Assembly: GCA_019056785.1 (NCBI GenBank)
Contig: DXJV01000029.1
Span: 1 to 64,000 of the forward strand
Length of the DNA stretch: 64,000 nucleotides
Source: Candidatus Heimdallarchaeota archaeon
GTDB lineage: Archaea; Asgardarchaeota; Heimdallarchaeia; JABLTI01
Direction of reading: 5' to 3'
Shown here piece by piece: positions 49,299-58,653 of this stretch. Position numbers and translations under genes: made by a program. The notes beneath the pieces were generated by a model. The model saw only the letters and a program-made list of their open reading frames with translations, was not told the DNA's origin and made no database searches. Position 1 is the stretch's first letter. Every line of letters starts with the position of its first letter.

Positions 49299-50522
49299 TT
49301 AGAAATAATAGTATTCTTCTCTTCTGGCACGTTCTAAGGCTTTTCGTTCTTCTTCTTCTGCTTGTCGGATCGCTTCATCAATCGCGTCTATTGCTGATTG
49401 GATCATTTCCTTGACTTCAGGATTTGTCTCTTTTTCTAAGAGGGTTTGGAGATGTTCTTTCGAATTTATGCTTTTCAATTGGCCCAATCCCCAGGCAGCA
49501 TATTTCCTTACTTCAGCATTTTTATCAGACTCGAGTTGATGTAATAAAGGCTCCACCGCTTTATTGTCCTTAATTTCTCCGAGAGCAATAACAGCCGCAC
49601 GTCGCACCTGAGCATCTTTGGATTTTAACGTTTCAATAATAGCGTTCACTGCTTTTCGTTCGCGGTGTTTGCCTAAAGAGGCAATGATTTCTTGTTTTAC
49701 AGCTTCATATGTCTCTTTGTCCAGCTGCGAGAGTAAAGCCGAAGAGATTTTCCGGTCGCGAATGCGCCTTAGAGCCCATGCAGCACTTTTCCGAACAATT
49801 GGGCTTGAATCCTTCTTCAAAACATCGATTAATGTTGGGACAGAAATGCTATTAGCGATTCTCCCAAGAGAGATAACAATCGCTTCTCTTACAGCATCAT
49901 TTTCTTCCTTCTTGAATTGGGTTATTAAAGGTTGTATTGCCACACGACCACCAATACGACCAAGTCCAGCTGCGGCTTCTTTTCGAATCAAAGAATTATC
50001 TGATGATTGTAATATCTCGATTAATAATGTGGCGGCTTTTCGTTCACCAAGTAAGTACAAAGACTTTATTGCTGCGACAACCACTTTCACATTTTTCTCG
50101 TTTTTAATTATTTCTTGAAGAATTTCAGCGGCGGCTTTATTATTCAGCTTTCCAATGGCTTCTGTTGCTGCAGCTCGAACACTTACAGCTTTTACGGTTT
50201 TAATCGCATCCATTAAAGTATCGTAGGCACTATCATCACCTAATTCACCCAACGCCGCTAACATTGCCGCTTTGACCTTTTTGTCCAGGTCGTGTTTATA
50301 GGTCTCAATTAACAAGTCGGTTGCTGAACGATCCCCAATCTTACCAATTGCTTCTGCACAGGCTAAGCGTGTCTTTACGTCAGGATTTTCTTTAAGGGCA
50401 CGCATTAATTCAGGGGTTGCTTTCCTATCACCCAACTCACCCAGAATTTTTGCCGCTTTAACGCGCTTTTCGGGGTTTTCTGAGGAAAGGTTTTCTAAAA
50501 GTTCAGCGATGTTTTCAGACAT
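49299..50522 (-). CDS. HEAT (PBS-lyase) repeat protein, about 12 repeats
   Basis: Tandem ~31-32 aa VR..AA.ALG.I.D..A...L repeats. Confidence 0.92.
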   Translation of the reverse strand: MSENIAELLENLSSENPEKRVKAAKILGELGDRKATPELMRALKENPDVKTRLACAEAIGKIGDRSATDLLIETYKHDLDKKVKAAMLAALGELGDDSAYDTLMDAIKTVKAVSVRAAATEAIGKLNNKAAAEILQEIIKNEKNVKVVVAAIKSLYLLGERKAATLLIEILQSSDNSLIRKEAAAGLGRIGGRVAIQPLITQFKKEENDAVREAIVISLGRIANSISVPTLIDVLKKDSSPIVRKSAAWALRRIRDRKISSALLSQLDKETYEAVKQEIIASLGKHRERKAVNAIIETLKSKDAQVRRAAVIALGEIKDNKAVEPLLHQLESDKNAEVRKYAAWGLGQLKSINSKEHLQTLLEKETNPEVKEMIQSAIDAIDEAIRQAEEEERKALERARREEYYYF

Positions 50523-50739
50523 TTGATTTGCTCCTTTGGCTTTTAATTAAGATTCTTGAATATTCAGAGAATCAATGATATGCTATTTGATGGTTTTTTA
50601 ATCCTAAATAAGCATTCCGTTTCCTCGTAACGGTTTAAACGCAAATTTACATGCTTTTTTTATAGTTTTGAAAGCTTAAAACTAGTATAAAAGAACTTCG
50701 CTTCAAGATTGAAAAAGGAAGAGAAAAAAGAAGAAATTA

Positions 50740-51432
50740 TCAACCAGTTACAATATGGCCACAAAAATCGCATTTAATTTCTTCTCCAGGGAGTGGCGGT
50801 TCTGAAAGTGTTGCGCCGCAATTTGGACAATTCTTAGGTGCTTTCTGCAACAAATGGACAGCCTCAGCCGAGAGTATTTTTCCAGCTTTCCAATCGTAAG
50901 TGCCTGAGAAGAGACCTCTTTTTGCCATCCCGACGACGATTTTTTTTATTTCGTCTGCTTTCATTCCCGTTTCGGTTGTTAATTGCTCTATGGTGGTTCT
51001 TCGTTTAGAATCGATTAATCCAATGACCCGTTCTGCAATTGCTCTTCCTTCTTGCGTGACGAATTCCCCTGTCGATTTGTCAAAATAAACAATCAGTAAT
51101 CCTTTTCCGATAATTCTACTAACAGAACTTTCTACTTTGGCTTCTGAAGCGTGGGCTTTTTTTGCCAGGGTGGCAGGTGTTATTCTATCATATTTATCAA
51201 GAATATTTGCAACGCGCAAATCAAAAGCATTTTTCCGGATGTCAATCATTGCAAGAATAAGAAGAATAGTGCCGGGTACAAAGGCAACCGAACCCATAAC
51301 AACACCGCTGATAAGACCCCCTAAGCTATTTTTATGTGTCACAAAATAACCATATAAAACCACACCAGCAATGAAGAAGCCGATTACAGAGAGTATAATA
51401 CCAAATACCCATTTTAAAGCTGTTTTAGCCAT
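50740..51432 (-). CDS. Membrane protein: 2 TM, tandem winged-helix (PCI-like) domains, Zn ribbon
   Basis: RITPATLAKK...RIIGKGLL.VYFD; RTTIEQL...MAKRGLFSGTYD; CPNCG...CDFCG. Confidence 0.75.
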   Translation of the reverse strand: MAKTALKWVFGIILSVIGFFIAGVVLYGYFVTHKNSLGGLISGVVMGSVAFVPGTILLILAMIDIRKNAFDLRVANILDKYDRITPATLAKKAHASEAKVESSVSRIIGKGLLIVYFDKSTGEFVTQEGRAIAERVIGLIDSKRRTTIEQLTTETGMKADEIKKIVVGMAKRGLFSGTYDWKAGKILSAEAVHLLQKAPKNCPNCGATLSEPPLPGEEIKCDFCGHIVTG

Positions 51433-51566
51433 AACGTTTTTCCTCTACAAACGATTCTTATCAAATTGTCCATTTTAGTGAAACTATATTATTATCAAAT
51501 GATTCGCTTTATATTTCTTTAGGAATACAATTAATACAAAAACAGAAGAAGAAAAATTAATGAAAT

Positions 51567-51974
51567 ATGGAGAAAGAAATAACCGAAATAAAAGGTGGTC
51601 AAGCGATGGATTCTCTCGAGACGTTTAAAAAGTATAGACAAAAAATGAATGAAAAAATTCTTGCCAGTGGAAACAAACAGATCAAGCGTTTTTTTACCCT
51701 CGATTCTCGGGCATATGAAAAAGGAGCCCTTTCAACAAAAGTAAAGGAATTACTAGGATTAGTAGCTTCACTGGTGTTACGATGCAACGATTGTATCACT
51801 TATCACATAATCACTTGCGTAAAAGAAGGAGTTACACCAGAAGAATTTTTTGAAGCCGTGAATATTGGGCTTATTGTTGGCGGGTCAATTGTTATCCCTC
51901 ATTTGCGAAAAGCGGTTGAAGTATACGAAACATGTTTGAAAATGAAAAAAGAAGGAAAAGAACTCACACTCTAA
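51567..51974 (+). CDS. Carboxymuconolactone decarboxylase/AhpD family protein
   Basis: GALSTKVKELLGLVASLVLRCNDCITYH, VGGSIVIPHLR. Confidence 0.9.
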   Translation: MEKEITEIKGGQAMDSLETFKKYRQKMNEKILASGNKQIKRFFTLDSRAYEKGALSTKVKELLGLVASLVLRCNDCITYHIITCVKEGVTPEEFFEAVNIGLIVGGSIVIPHLRKAVEVYETCLKMKKEGKELTL

Positions 51975-52008
51975 AAAAAGAGGAAGAAGAAAAGGATTGG
52001 TTATTTTC

Positions 52009-53496
52009 TCATCCTTTTTTCTTTTTAACATAGAGATTCTTATAGGGTGCGCGTTCACCTTTGAGATATTTCTTATGCGGATCGCGGATGAAAATCAGTA
52101 GGAAAACACCAATGATAAAGAAAAGGAAAAGTTGACTAAGAGCAAAGCGATAAGCAATATGCGTTCCAAAAGGATTCGCAAAGAGAAAGATTGTCCCAGC
52201 AAAAAGTAAAGGTGAAAGAATAGCACTTACACGCCCTGCGATTTTTTGGAACCCACCATACTGCGCGACTTTCGAAGGTGGTGCAAGTTCGATAATAAAC
52301 TGCCGCCCGATAATCCAGATGCCACCAAAGCCAATACCAATAAAGAAAGCACCAATAAACATTGGCCAACGTGGGAGCATATGAACAATTATTAATGAAC
52401 CAATTTGTTCAGTTTTAAAAATAAGCCCGGAGAAGATAATTATCACAATAGCAATGGACCAGCTTAAACCATTTATAATAAAGGTCAATTTTGGCCCGAT
52501 TTTATTCATGATAACACCTGTTAAAATGGCAAAAATGAAACTGCCACCAATGCCGGTAAAAATTACATAGTTTGTTATAGAAGAATCGTAACCAACAGCG
52601 CCTTGTATGACGACAGCCATATACATAATTGCAGTGTTTGCAGCATCAGTAATGAAGAACCAACCCAAAAAGAACAAAATAGAATTACGATCTTTAACAA
52701 TCTCCTTCAAGGTCACTCGGAAGTCTTTAATGGATTCCTTGACATTTTCCTTTAAAGTTATTTTTTGGGGATTTTCAACTTCCTTATGGAAGAGATATGG
52801 GAAGGCCATGACAGCAATAACAATTGCACCAATTAAAAAGAGCCATTTGAGATTGATGAAATCATCAAGGGTAAAGGCAGCATAATAAGAAGGATTAGCT
52901 TCCCAAATAGCAGTGTCAATATGTTCCCAACCGCCTAAAAGCTTCCCGGCAATCATAGATGTTAAAACTGCAAAAACTGAACCAAAGAAACTCAAAGAGC
53001 CCCCAACAGCCTGAAGTAAGGACCGTTGTTTTGTTTCAGCAATGAAAGGAATTTGCGCATCATAAAACATCCGCCCGGCTTGATAACAAAAGTTGGCAAT
53101 GAGAAACATGAAAGATGCCCAGTAAAAATTCACCCAGGCGGTGATAACTGCTGTTGTTGCGATCATAATACTTGCAACAAGTACTACAGCACCTTTACGT
53201 TTGCCAAAACGGTCCGAAACCGCGCCCATAATCGGTCCAAAGACGGCAATCAATAAATTAGATACTGCCATAAATACTGATACAATAATAAACGATTTTT
53301 GATAGCTCCAGCCTAATTGATAAATGCCCAAAGCGAGGGCAAAGGGAGTATAGGCAAGACTAATAATCAATTGTGAAAAATATGTATCAGCAGCATCATA
53401 AAAATACCATAAAAAGGCATTTCGCCAGCCAGTTTTTTTCGCCTCAATTCGCGTAGGATCTTCTGATAAATCTCCTGTTTGTACTGCTTCTGCCAA
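52009..53496 (-). CDS. MFS transporter (UMF1/Atg22-like)
   Basis: W..YD.A, PIMGAVSDRFGKRK, FYDAQIP, 12-TM layout. Confidence 0.88.
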   Translation of the reverse strand: MAEAVQTGDLSEDPTRIEAKKTGWRNAFLWYFYDAADTYFSQLIISLAYTPFALALGIYQLGWSYQKSFIIVSVFMAVSNLLIAVFGPIMGAVSDRFGKRKGAVVLVASIMIATTAVITAWVNFYWASFMFLIANFCYQAGRMFYDAQIPFIAETKQRSLLQAVGGSLSFFGSVFAVLTSMIAGKLLGGWEHIDTAIWEANPSYYAAFTLDDFINLKWLFLIGAIVIAVMAFPYLFHKEVENPQKITLKENVKESIKDFRVTLKEIVKDRNSILFFLGWFFITDAANTAIMYMAVVIQGAVGYDSSITNYVIFTGIGGSFIFAILTGVIMNKIGPKLTFIINGLSWSIAIVIIIFSGLIFKTEQIGSLIIVHMLPRWPMFIGAFFIGIGFGGIWIIGRQFIIELAPPSKVAQYGGFQKIAGRVSAILSPLLFAGTIFLFANPFGTHIAYRFALSQLFLFFIIGVFLLIFIRDPHKKYLKGERAPYKNLYVKKKKG

Positions 53497-53755
53497 TTTA
53501 AAACACCATTAATTTGATGAGTCCAAATTTGATAGATTGGTCTCTTGGTTCTCTTTCGAAAATTTAAATATTCTTCTAATTTTGTCAGAAAATGAGGGGG
53601 TGAACATTAAAAAATATGAAAAAATTTCCATACGAAAGAAAGTAATTACCACAAAAGAGACTTTTCAACAAAAGAGAGAGGCTTTTTTACAAAACTTTTT
53701 TTAAGCATCAAACAGTTTAGAAAATTAAATTACTACATAAATTGGTGAAAAATTT

Positions 53756-54322
53756 ATGAGCACAGAAAAAACACAAACTCTAAAAGCCGATTTAGCAACA
53801 CTTCAACAAAGGATTTTTGCAGGGCTAATTGATTGGGCAATAATGGCAGCAATCATGATCGTCATTGAAATCATCCCTAGCATTTTCAGATGGATTGCTG
53901 CGGGTTTAGTAAATAAAGCAGCTCTTAATCCAGGAGACCCCAATTATAGTAGATGGATAGCAACAGCTGCAACAATGTCATTAATCGGAAGTATCCTATA
54001 CGCATTATTAAACATTGTAGCTTTAGTTATTGTCATATACTACTTCGTCTGGCGACCAACACGAAAAGGTGGACAAACCGTAGGAAAGAAGATTATCAAA
54101 ACAAAGGTTGTTATCATTGACGACCCGGAGAAAGGCACTGTTCGAGATGTAACAAAAGATGATCTGGTGCCAATGTTTATTCGATGGTTACTCCTTATTG
54201 TCGATGGGATATTCTTTGGAGCCATTGGATTGCTCTTAATATACATGAGTGCGGATAACCAACGATTGGGTGACCAATTGGCAAAAACAGCAGTTGTCGT
54301 AGCTCCTGAAGCTGCCAAATAA
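53756..54322 (+). CDS. RDD family membrane protein
   Basis: A....RIFAGLID, GQTVGKK....KVV, QRLGD.LA.T.VV. Confidence 0.9.
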   Translation: MSTEKTQTLKADLATLQQRIFAGLIDWAIMAAIMIVIEIIPSIFRWIAAGLVNKAALNPGDPNYSRWIATAATMSLIGSILYALLNIVALVIVIYYFVWRPTRKGGQTVGKKIIKTKVVIIDDPEKGTVRDVTKDDLVPMFIRWLLLIVDGIFFGAIGLLLIYMSADNQRLGDQLAKTAVVVAPEAAK

Positions 54323-54408
54323 GTAAACAGTTAACCTTACCATTCATCTTTTTTTTCTTTTTCCTTTTTTTAGAAGAAAAAAGAGGGAGGTGACAGGCTC
54401 TTCCTTTT

Positions 54409-56448
54409 CTAACCAATTCCTCCGCCGCCCCCACCGCCGCCACCACCACTAAATCCTCCACCAAAACCACTACTTCCGCCACTAGAAGAGGGGGGAGTGA
54501 AGTTATTGGACATATTTTTTATTGCTTGTGAGATGCCTTCGGTGAAATTTGAGATCGCCATAGGAATGCTTTCAGCCATTGAACCTATACCATCAGCTAT
54601 TGAAGCGAAGCTTTTTCCGGCACCAATACCTCTTATCGGATGACTTCCAAATCCTCCTCTTGGAGAAAACCTTATGCCGGGATAGTAATACCAGTAGGGA
54701 GCAACATAGGAATAGCCCTCTGGTGCGGGTTTCCTCTGAACATTCTTTGCTAGTCTTTCAAGGTAAGCCGGTAAATCGAATTTTGGGTCAACAAGAAGAT
54801 AGGAGAAATGGTCCATTGAAAAATTGAATTGCTCATAAGGATCTGGAAAAGCCAACATTTTCCCTCTAATTAACTGCAGATAGTTTTGCCAACTCACTTT
54901 TGCTTGTGCACCTTGTTTGGTTAACTTTGGCATTTTGTTAGCAAGGAAAAAGCCAAAAATTGCTGCCAGAACGGACCCAACAACCATAGCTATTATGGCT
55001 GAAATATGTAATAAATTAAAAAGGAAAAAGAAACCAATAATTTCCATTACTCCACCAAAAAATGCCAGCCTAGAAAACGTTTGTCTGGCTTTTTCAGGGT
55101 TTCCTTCAAAATATCTCATATCTCCGCCTGCCAATTTATTATAGATTTTATCTTTCTTGCTCCAAAGAGAGCTAACATGAATTTTTATTGATGAGAGAGA
55201 AAGAACCGAAAGACCAACTTCCTCCAATTGCTCTTTGCCATTTTTTATAACAGTTTTTTTGGTCCAAATAGTGTCGGAACTGTGTTTTTTAACAAAGGCC
55301 AAAACATCTTTACTAAAAGAGGAAAGCGCACCATAAGAAGGCGTTTTCCCTGTTAACTGGAAGTAAATTTCGTCTTCATCGGGGAGTTGTATTATCCGAA
55401 GATAATCTTGTTCGGCGAGGTAGAAGAATTCCGCGACAAAGTCAATATTGTCAACTTTTTCATCCAATAATACTCCTACTTCAACAGGAGTCAAAGCGTC
55501 TGGTGGAGCAACCTCTGTTAAAATTTTCATTGGAGAACCACAATGCGAGCAAAACCTCACCTGCCGGAAATCTTTGTAGCCACAAGATGGACATTTATTA
55601 ATCGCAACTTCATTTAATGTTGGGATAACTTTTGCCTTCGGGTCAAGTCCTTTGAAAAGGAATAATAGAAGGAAGGTAAGGAAAAGTGGGAGAAAGGCAA
55701 TTGCGAACACCAATATAGGGGTTTGGTTTAAATAAACTCTCCATGAAAATGGCATAACAATCCCAGCAGGCGGGGAATCCGTATCAATAGTGTAACTAGT
55801 AAGGGGAGCAACTTTTCCTTGATGAAAAACCACAACTGTATGACCATTTTCATTCATGGCTGTACCGGTATCATCGCCGGGGTTTTTCCCATTATAATAA
55901 GTTGTAGAACGAATATCACTTAAATTATATTGCTTAGGGAAGATAACTTTTGTACTCACATCATAAATAGTATACTCAAATTCACTTCCAATGACATTCC
56001 AGTAAACACGATCCCGATTTCCACGGAGATCCATTGCAGAAGAAACATTGTATGTTAGACTAAAGGTATATTCTGTTCCTTCAGAAACATAACTGCGAGG
56101 CCATTCCCAATAAAATTTAATCCTATCAATCTCTTTTTCCATTTTATAGGAAGTAATTGCTGGAGTTCCAGCGCCTGAGGCGATATTCCAAGAAACAACA
56201 TCATGAAAACTCTGCCATTTTAATTCACGATATGCATAACCATAAGACCCAGCCGATAAATAAAAAGTCATTTCCTCAGTTATTAAAAGAGAGCCATCCA
56301 TGCCCACAACGATGGTTTCATTCCAATGAGAATAATAAACACCATTCGTTAAAAAGGCGCCGTCTGAAATAGGATGACAAGAAACAGCGCCACTCTCCGA
56401 CAGAGAGGTAGCTACTAAAGTAAAAGTTAAGGGCAGAAAGAAAAACAA
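54409..56448 (-). CDS. DUF2207 family membrane protein with inserted Zn ribbon
   Basis: DGSL.ITE, L.YNV, YWNVIG..F, PPD.LTP.EVG.L, Gly-rich GGGFSGGGGGGGGGG C-terminus. Confidence 0.88.
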   Translation of the reverse strand: MFFFLPLTFTLVATSLSESGAVSCHPISDGAFLTNGVYYSHWNETIVVGMDGSLLITEEMTFYLSAGSYGYAYRELKWQSFHDVVSWNIASGAGTPAITSYKMEKEIDRIKFYWEWPRSYVSEGTEYTFSLTYNVSSAMDLRGNRDRVYWNVIGSEFEYTIYDVSTKVIFPKQYNLSDIRSTTYYNGKNPGDDTGTAMNENGHTVVVFHQGKVAPLTSYTIDTDSPPAGIVMPFSWRVYLNQTPILVFAIAFLPLFLTFLLLFLFKGLDPKAKVIPTLNEVAINKCPSCGYKDFRQVRFCSHCGSPMKILTEVAPPDALTPVEVGVLLDEKVDNIDFVAEFFYLAEQDYLRIIQLPDEDEIYFQLTGKTPSYGALSSFSKDVLAFVKKHSSDTIWTKKTVIKNGKEQLEEVGLSVLSLSSIKIHVSSLWSKKDKIYNKLAGGDMRYFEGNPEKARQTFSRLAFFGGVMEIIGFFFLFNLLHISAIIAMVVGSVLAAIFGFFLANKMPKLTKQGAQAKVSWQNYLQLIRGKMLAFPDPYEQFNFSMDHFSYLLVDPKFDLPAYLERLAKNVQRKPAPEGYSYVAPYWYYYPGIRFSPRGGFGSHPIRGIGAGKSFASIADGIGSMAESIPMAISNFTEGISQAIKNMSNNFTPPSSSGGSSGFGGGFSGGGGGGGGGGIG

Positions 56449-57141
56449 ACAAATTTTCTTATAAACGTGTATATTTTTAGGTGATAACAGAAACTTGTCC
56501 TCCGATCAAATTGAAAACTTAATGTGTGACTTTTTTCATTCTTAAAGGTATTAAGTAACAATTGCCTTAAAAAGAGTTACCAAATTTGGAAAAATATAAT
56601 TACACTCCATTTGCCAAGATAAGATTGCTTTTATATGGCAATAAGGAAAAATCACTTAAGAACAATCTATCAGTAGTAGACAAAGGTTTAAAAAATCAAA
56701 AGAAAAAGATACTGATAAGAAAAAAATAACATAACCTAAAAACAAAGGAAAAAAAGATCAAAAAGAAGAAAATGGATTAGAAGCCTTCAAAAAGAGGTTT
56801 GCAATTCATCATATTTCACGATTACAAATTTCATTTATTGATTATCATTCATAGTGAATGGTTAATATTCAACCAAAAAATGATGGTTCATTTAAATTGA
56901 CAATTCGAAGAAAAAAAAGACAAATTGAAGTATTGGAGAAAAAACATTACTACAACGAATAGTCTTTGCAAGTCAAGCTGAAAATGAATGATAAAATCCT
57001 CTTTTTGATCAAGGTATATATCCTAAAAACTTACGAACTTCCAATGACTAACGAGAAAAAAGAAAGCTAGCTGACAAAACGAAGCTTTGTTTTTAGGAAT
57101 GTTGTTTACAACCCCTTAACCTAAATGGAGGTTAAAACTAA

Positions 57142-58554
57142 GTGACGAATAATCATAAAACGAATGAAATGGCTGATGAACCTTCAACTACAAAATACCT
57201 AATTCATGCAACGTTCACTATCGATGGTCTAGTGGAAAAACCAGATGTTGTAGGAGCGCTGTTTGGGCAAACAGAAGGTCTGTTAACAGACGATTTAGAT
57301 TTGCGCGAACTTCAAAAAGGTGGAAGAGTCGGGAGAATCCAAGTTCATCTCAGCTTTCGTGGCGGAAAAACCCGAGGAACCATAGAAATTCCTTCCAGCT
57401 TGGATAAAGTAGAAACATCTATTTTAGCCGCGGCTATTGAAACAGTCGACCGTATTGGCCCTTGCAATGCCAAAATTAAAATCAAAAACATCGAGGATAT
57501 TCGCAGAGAAAAGATGAAAAAAATCCGCGAACGAGCGTCCGAATTATTGCAAAAATGGACTTCGGAAAGCACACAAGAGTCAAGTGAGCTTGCAGATGAG
57601 GTTTTACGAGCAGCAAGAACTTCCTCTCAAATTAGCAACTATGGGCAATTACCTGTTGGACCTGAATTCAGAGAATCTGAAATAATAATCATTGTCGAAG
57701 GAAGAGCAGATATTGCAGCATGCATGAGAGCCGGAGTGAGAAACACTATTGCCGTGAAGGGTGCTAAGGTACCAAAATCAATTGTTGACCTTACAAAGAA
57801 GAAAACGTCAATAGCCTTTCTTGATGGAGATCGTGGTGGCGACTTAATTCTAAAGGAGTTATTAATGTATAGTACCATTGATTACGTTGCGCGAGCACCA
57901 AAAGGGAAAGAAGTTGAAGACCTTAAACCGGATGAAATAATTGATTGTTTAAGTAAGAAAGTTCCTGTTGAGAAAGTGAGCTTCATTACTGACATTCATG
58001 CAAAAGAAATCATTGAAAATGCTATTAAACGACGAAAAGCAAAATTAGATACAAAAGAAAAAACAGTTGTACGACAGCAACCGGCCGAAAGAGTGAAAAG
58101 TCGCCCTTCTCCGGTCAGCCGAGAACGAGAAAAGAGACCCTATCCACGAACATCTGATCGAGGAACCAGCAGAAGCTCAAGATCACAAAATCACGGACGT
58201 TCAAGTGACCGCCGGAGGCAATCATATCGTAGCGACCGTAGAAGAGCACCAGCATATCAAAAACCACGGATCCCAGAGAATTTAATGCCCTTCGTTAAAG
58301 AGCTTGAAGAAAAGGAACAACAAGAAGGAATTTTACTGGATGATAACCTTAAACAGCTAAAACGGGTTGCAGTCGAAAAACTTTATGACGAACTAAAGAA
58401 AGCTAAAAAGGTCACCAAAGTTGTTTTTGATGGGATAATAACCCAACGACTTTTAGATCTCTGTGAGGAAAAAGAGATCAATACCATCGTTGGCGCCAAA
58501 ATTAGCGAAATCGAAAAACAACCAAAGAAAACCAAATTTTACACTTTCGCTTAA
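57142..58554 (+). CDS. dnaG: Archaeal DnaG-like protein (TOPRIM; exosome-associated)
   Basis: KY.I.A....DG.VEKPDVVGA.FGQTEGLL..DLDLRELQ, VEGRAD, FLDGDRGG, VVFDGIITQRLLD. Confidence 0.95.
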   Translation: MTNNHKTNEMADEPSTTKYLIHATFTIDGLVEKPDVVGALFGQTEGLLTDDLDLRELQKGGRVGRIQVHLSFRGGKTRGTIEIPSSLDKVETSILAAAIETVDRIGPCNAKIKIKNIEDIRREKMKKIRERASELLQKWTSESTQESSELADEVLRAARTSSQISNYGQLPVGPEFRESEIIIIVEGRADIAACMRAGVRNTIAVKGAKVPKSIVDLTKKKTSIAFLDGDRGGDLILKELLMYSTIDYVARAPKGKEVEDLKPDEIIDCLSKKVPVEKVSFITDIHAKEIIENAIKRRKAKLDTKEKTVVRQQPAERVKSRPSPVSREREKRPYPRTSDRGTSRSSRSQNHGRSSDRRRQSYRSDRRRAPAYQKPRIPENLMPFVKELEEKEQQEGILLDDNLKQLKRVAVEKLYDELKKAKKVTKVVFDGIITQRLLDLCEEKEINTIVGAKISEIEKQPKKTKFYTFA

Positions 58555-58653
58555 GACAGATTGGTAGCAAAAACCAATCCTTTCTTTTTTTTTCTTCTAA
58601 TATTATACAGATAATCTAAGATTTTAAGTTAAAAACTCTACAAAGACTTCTCT

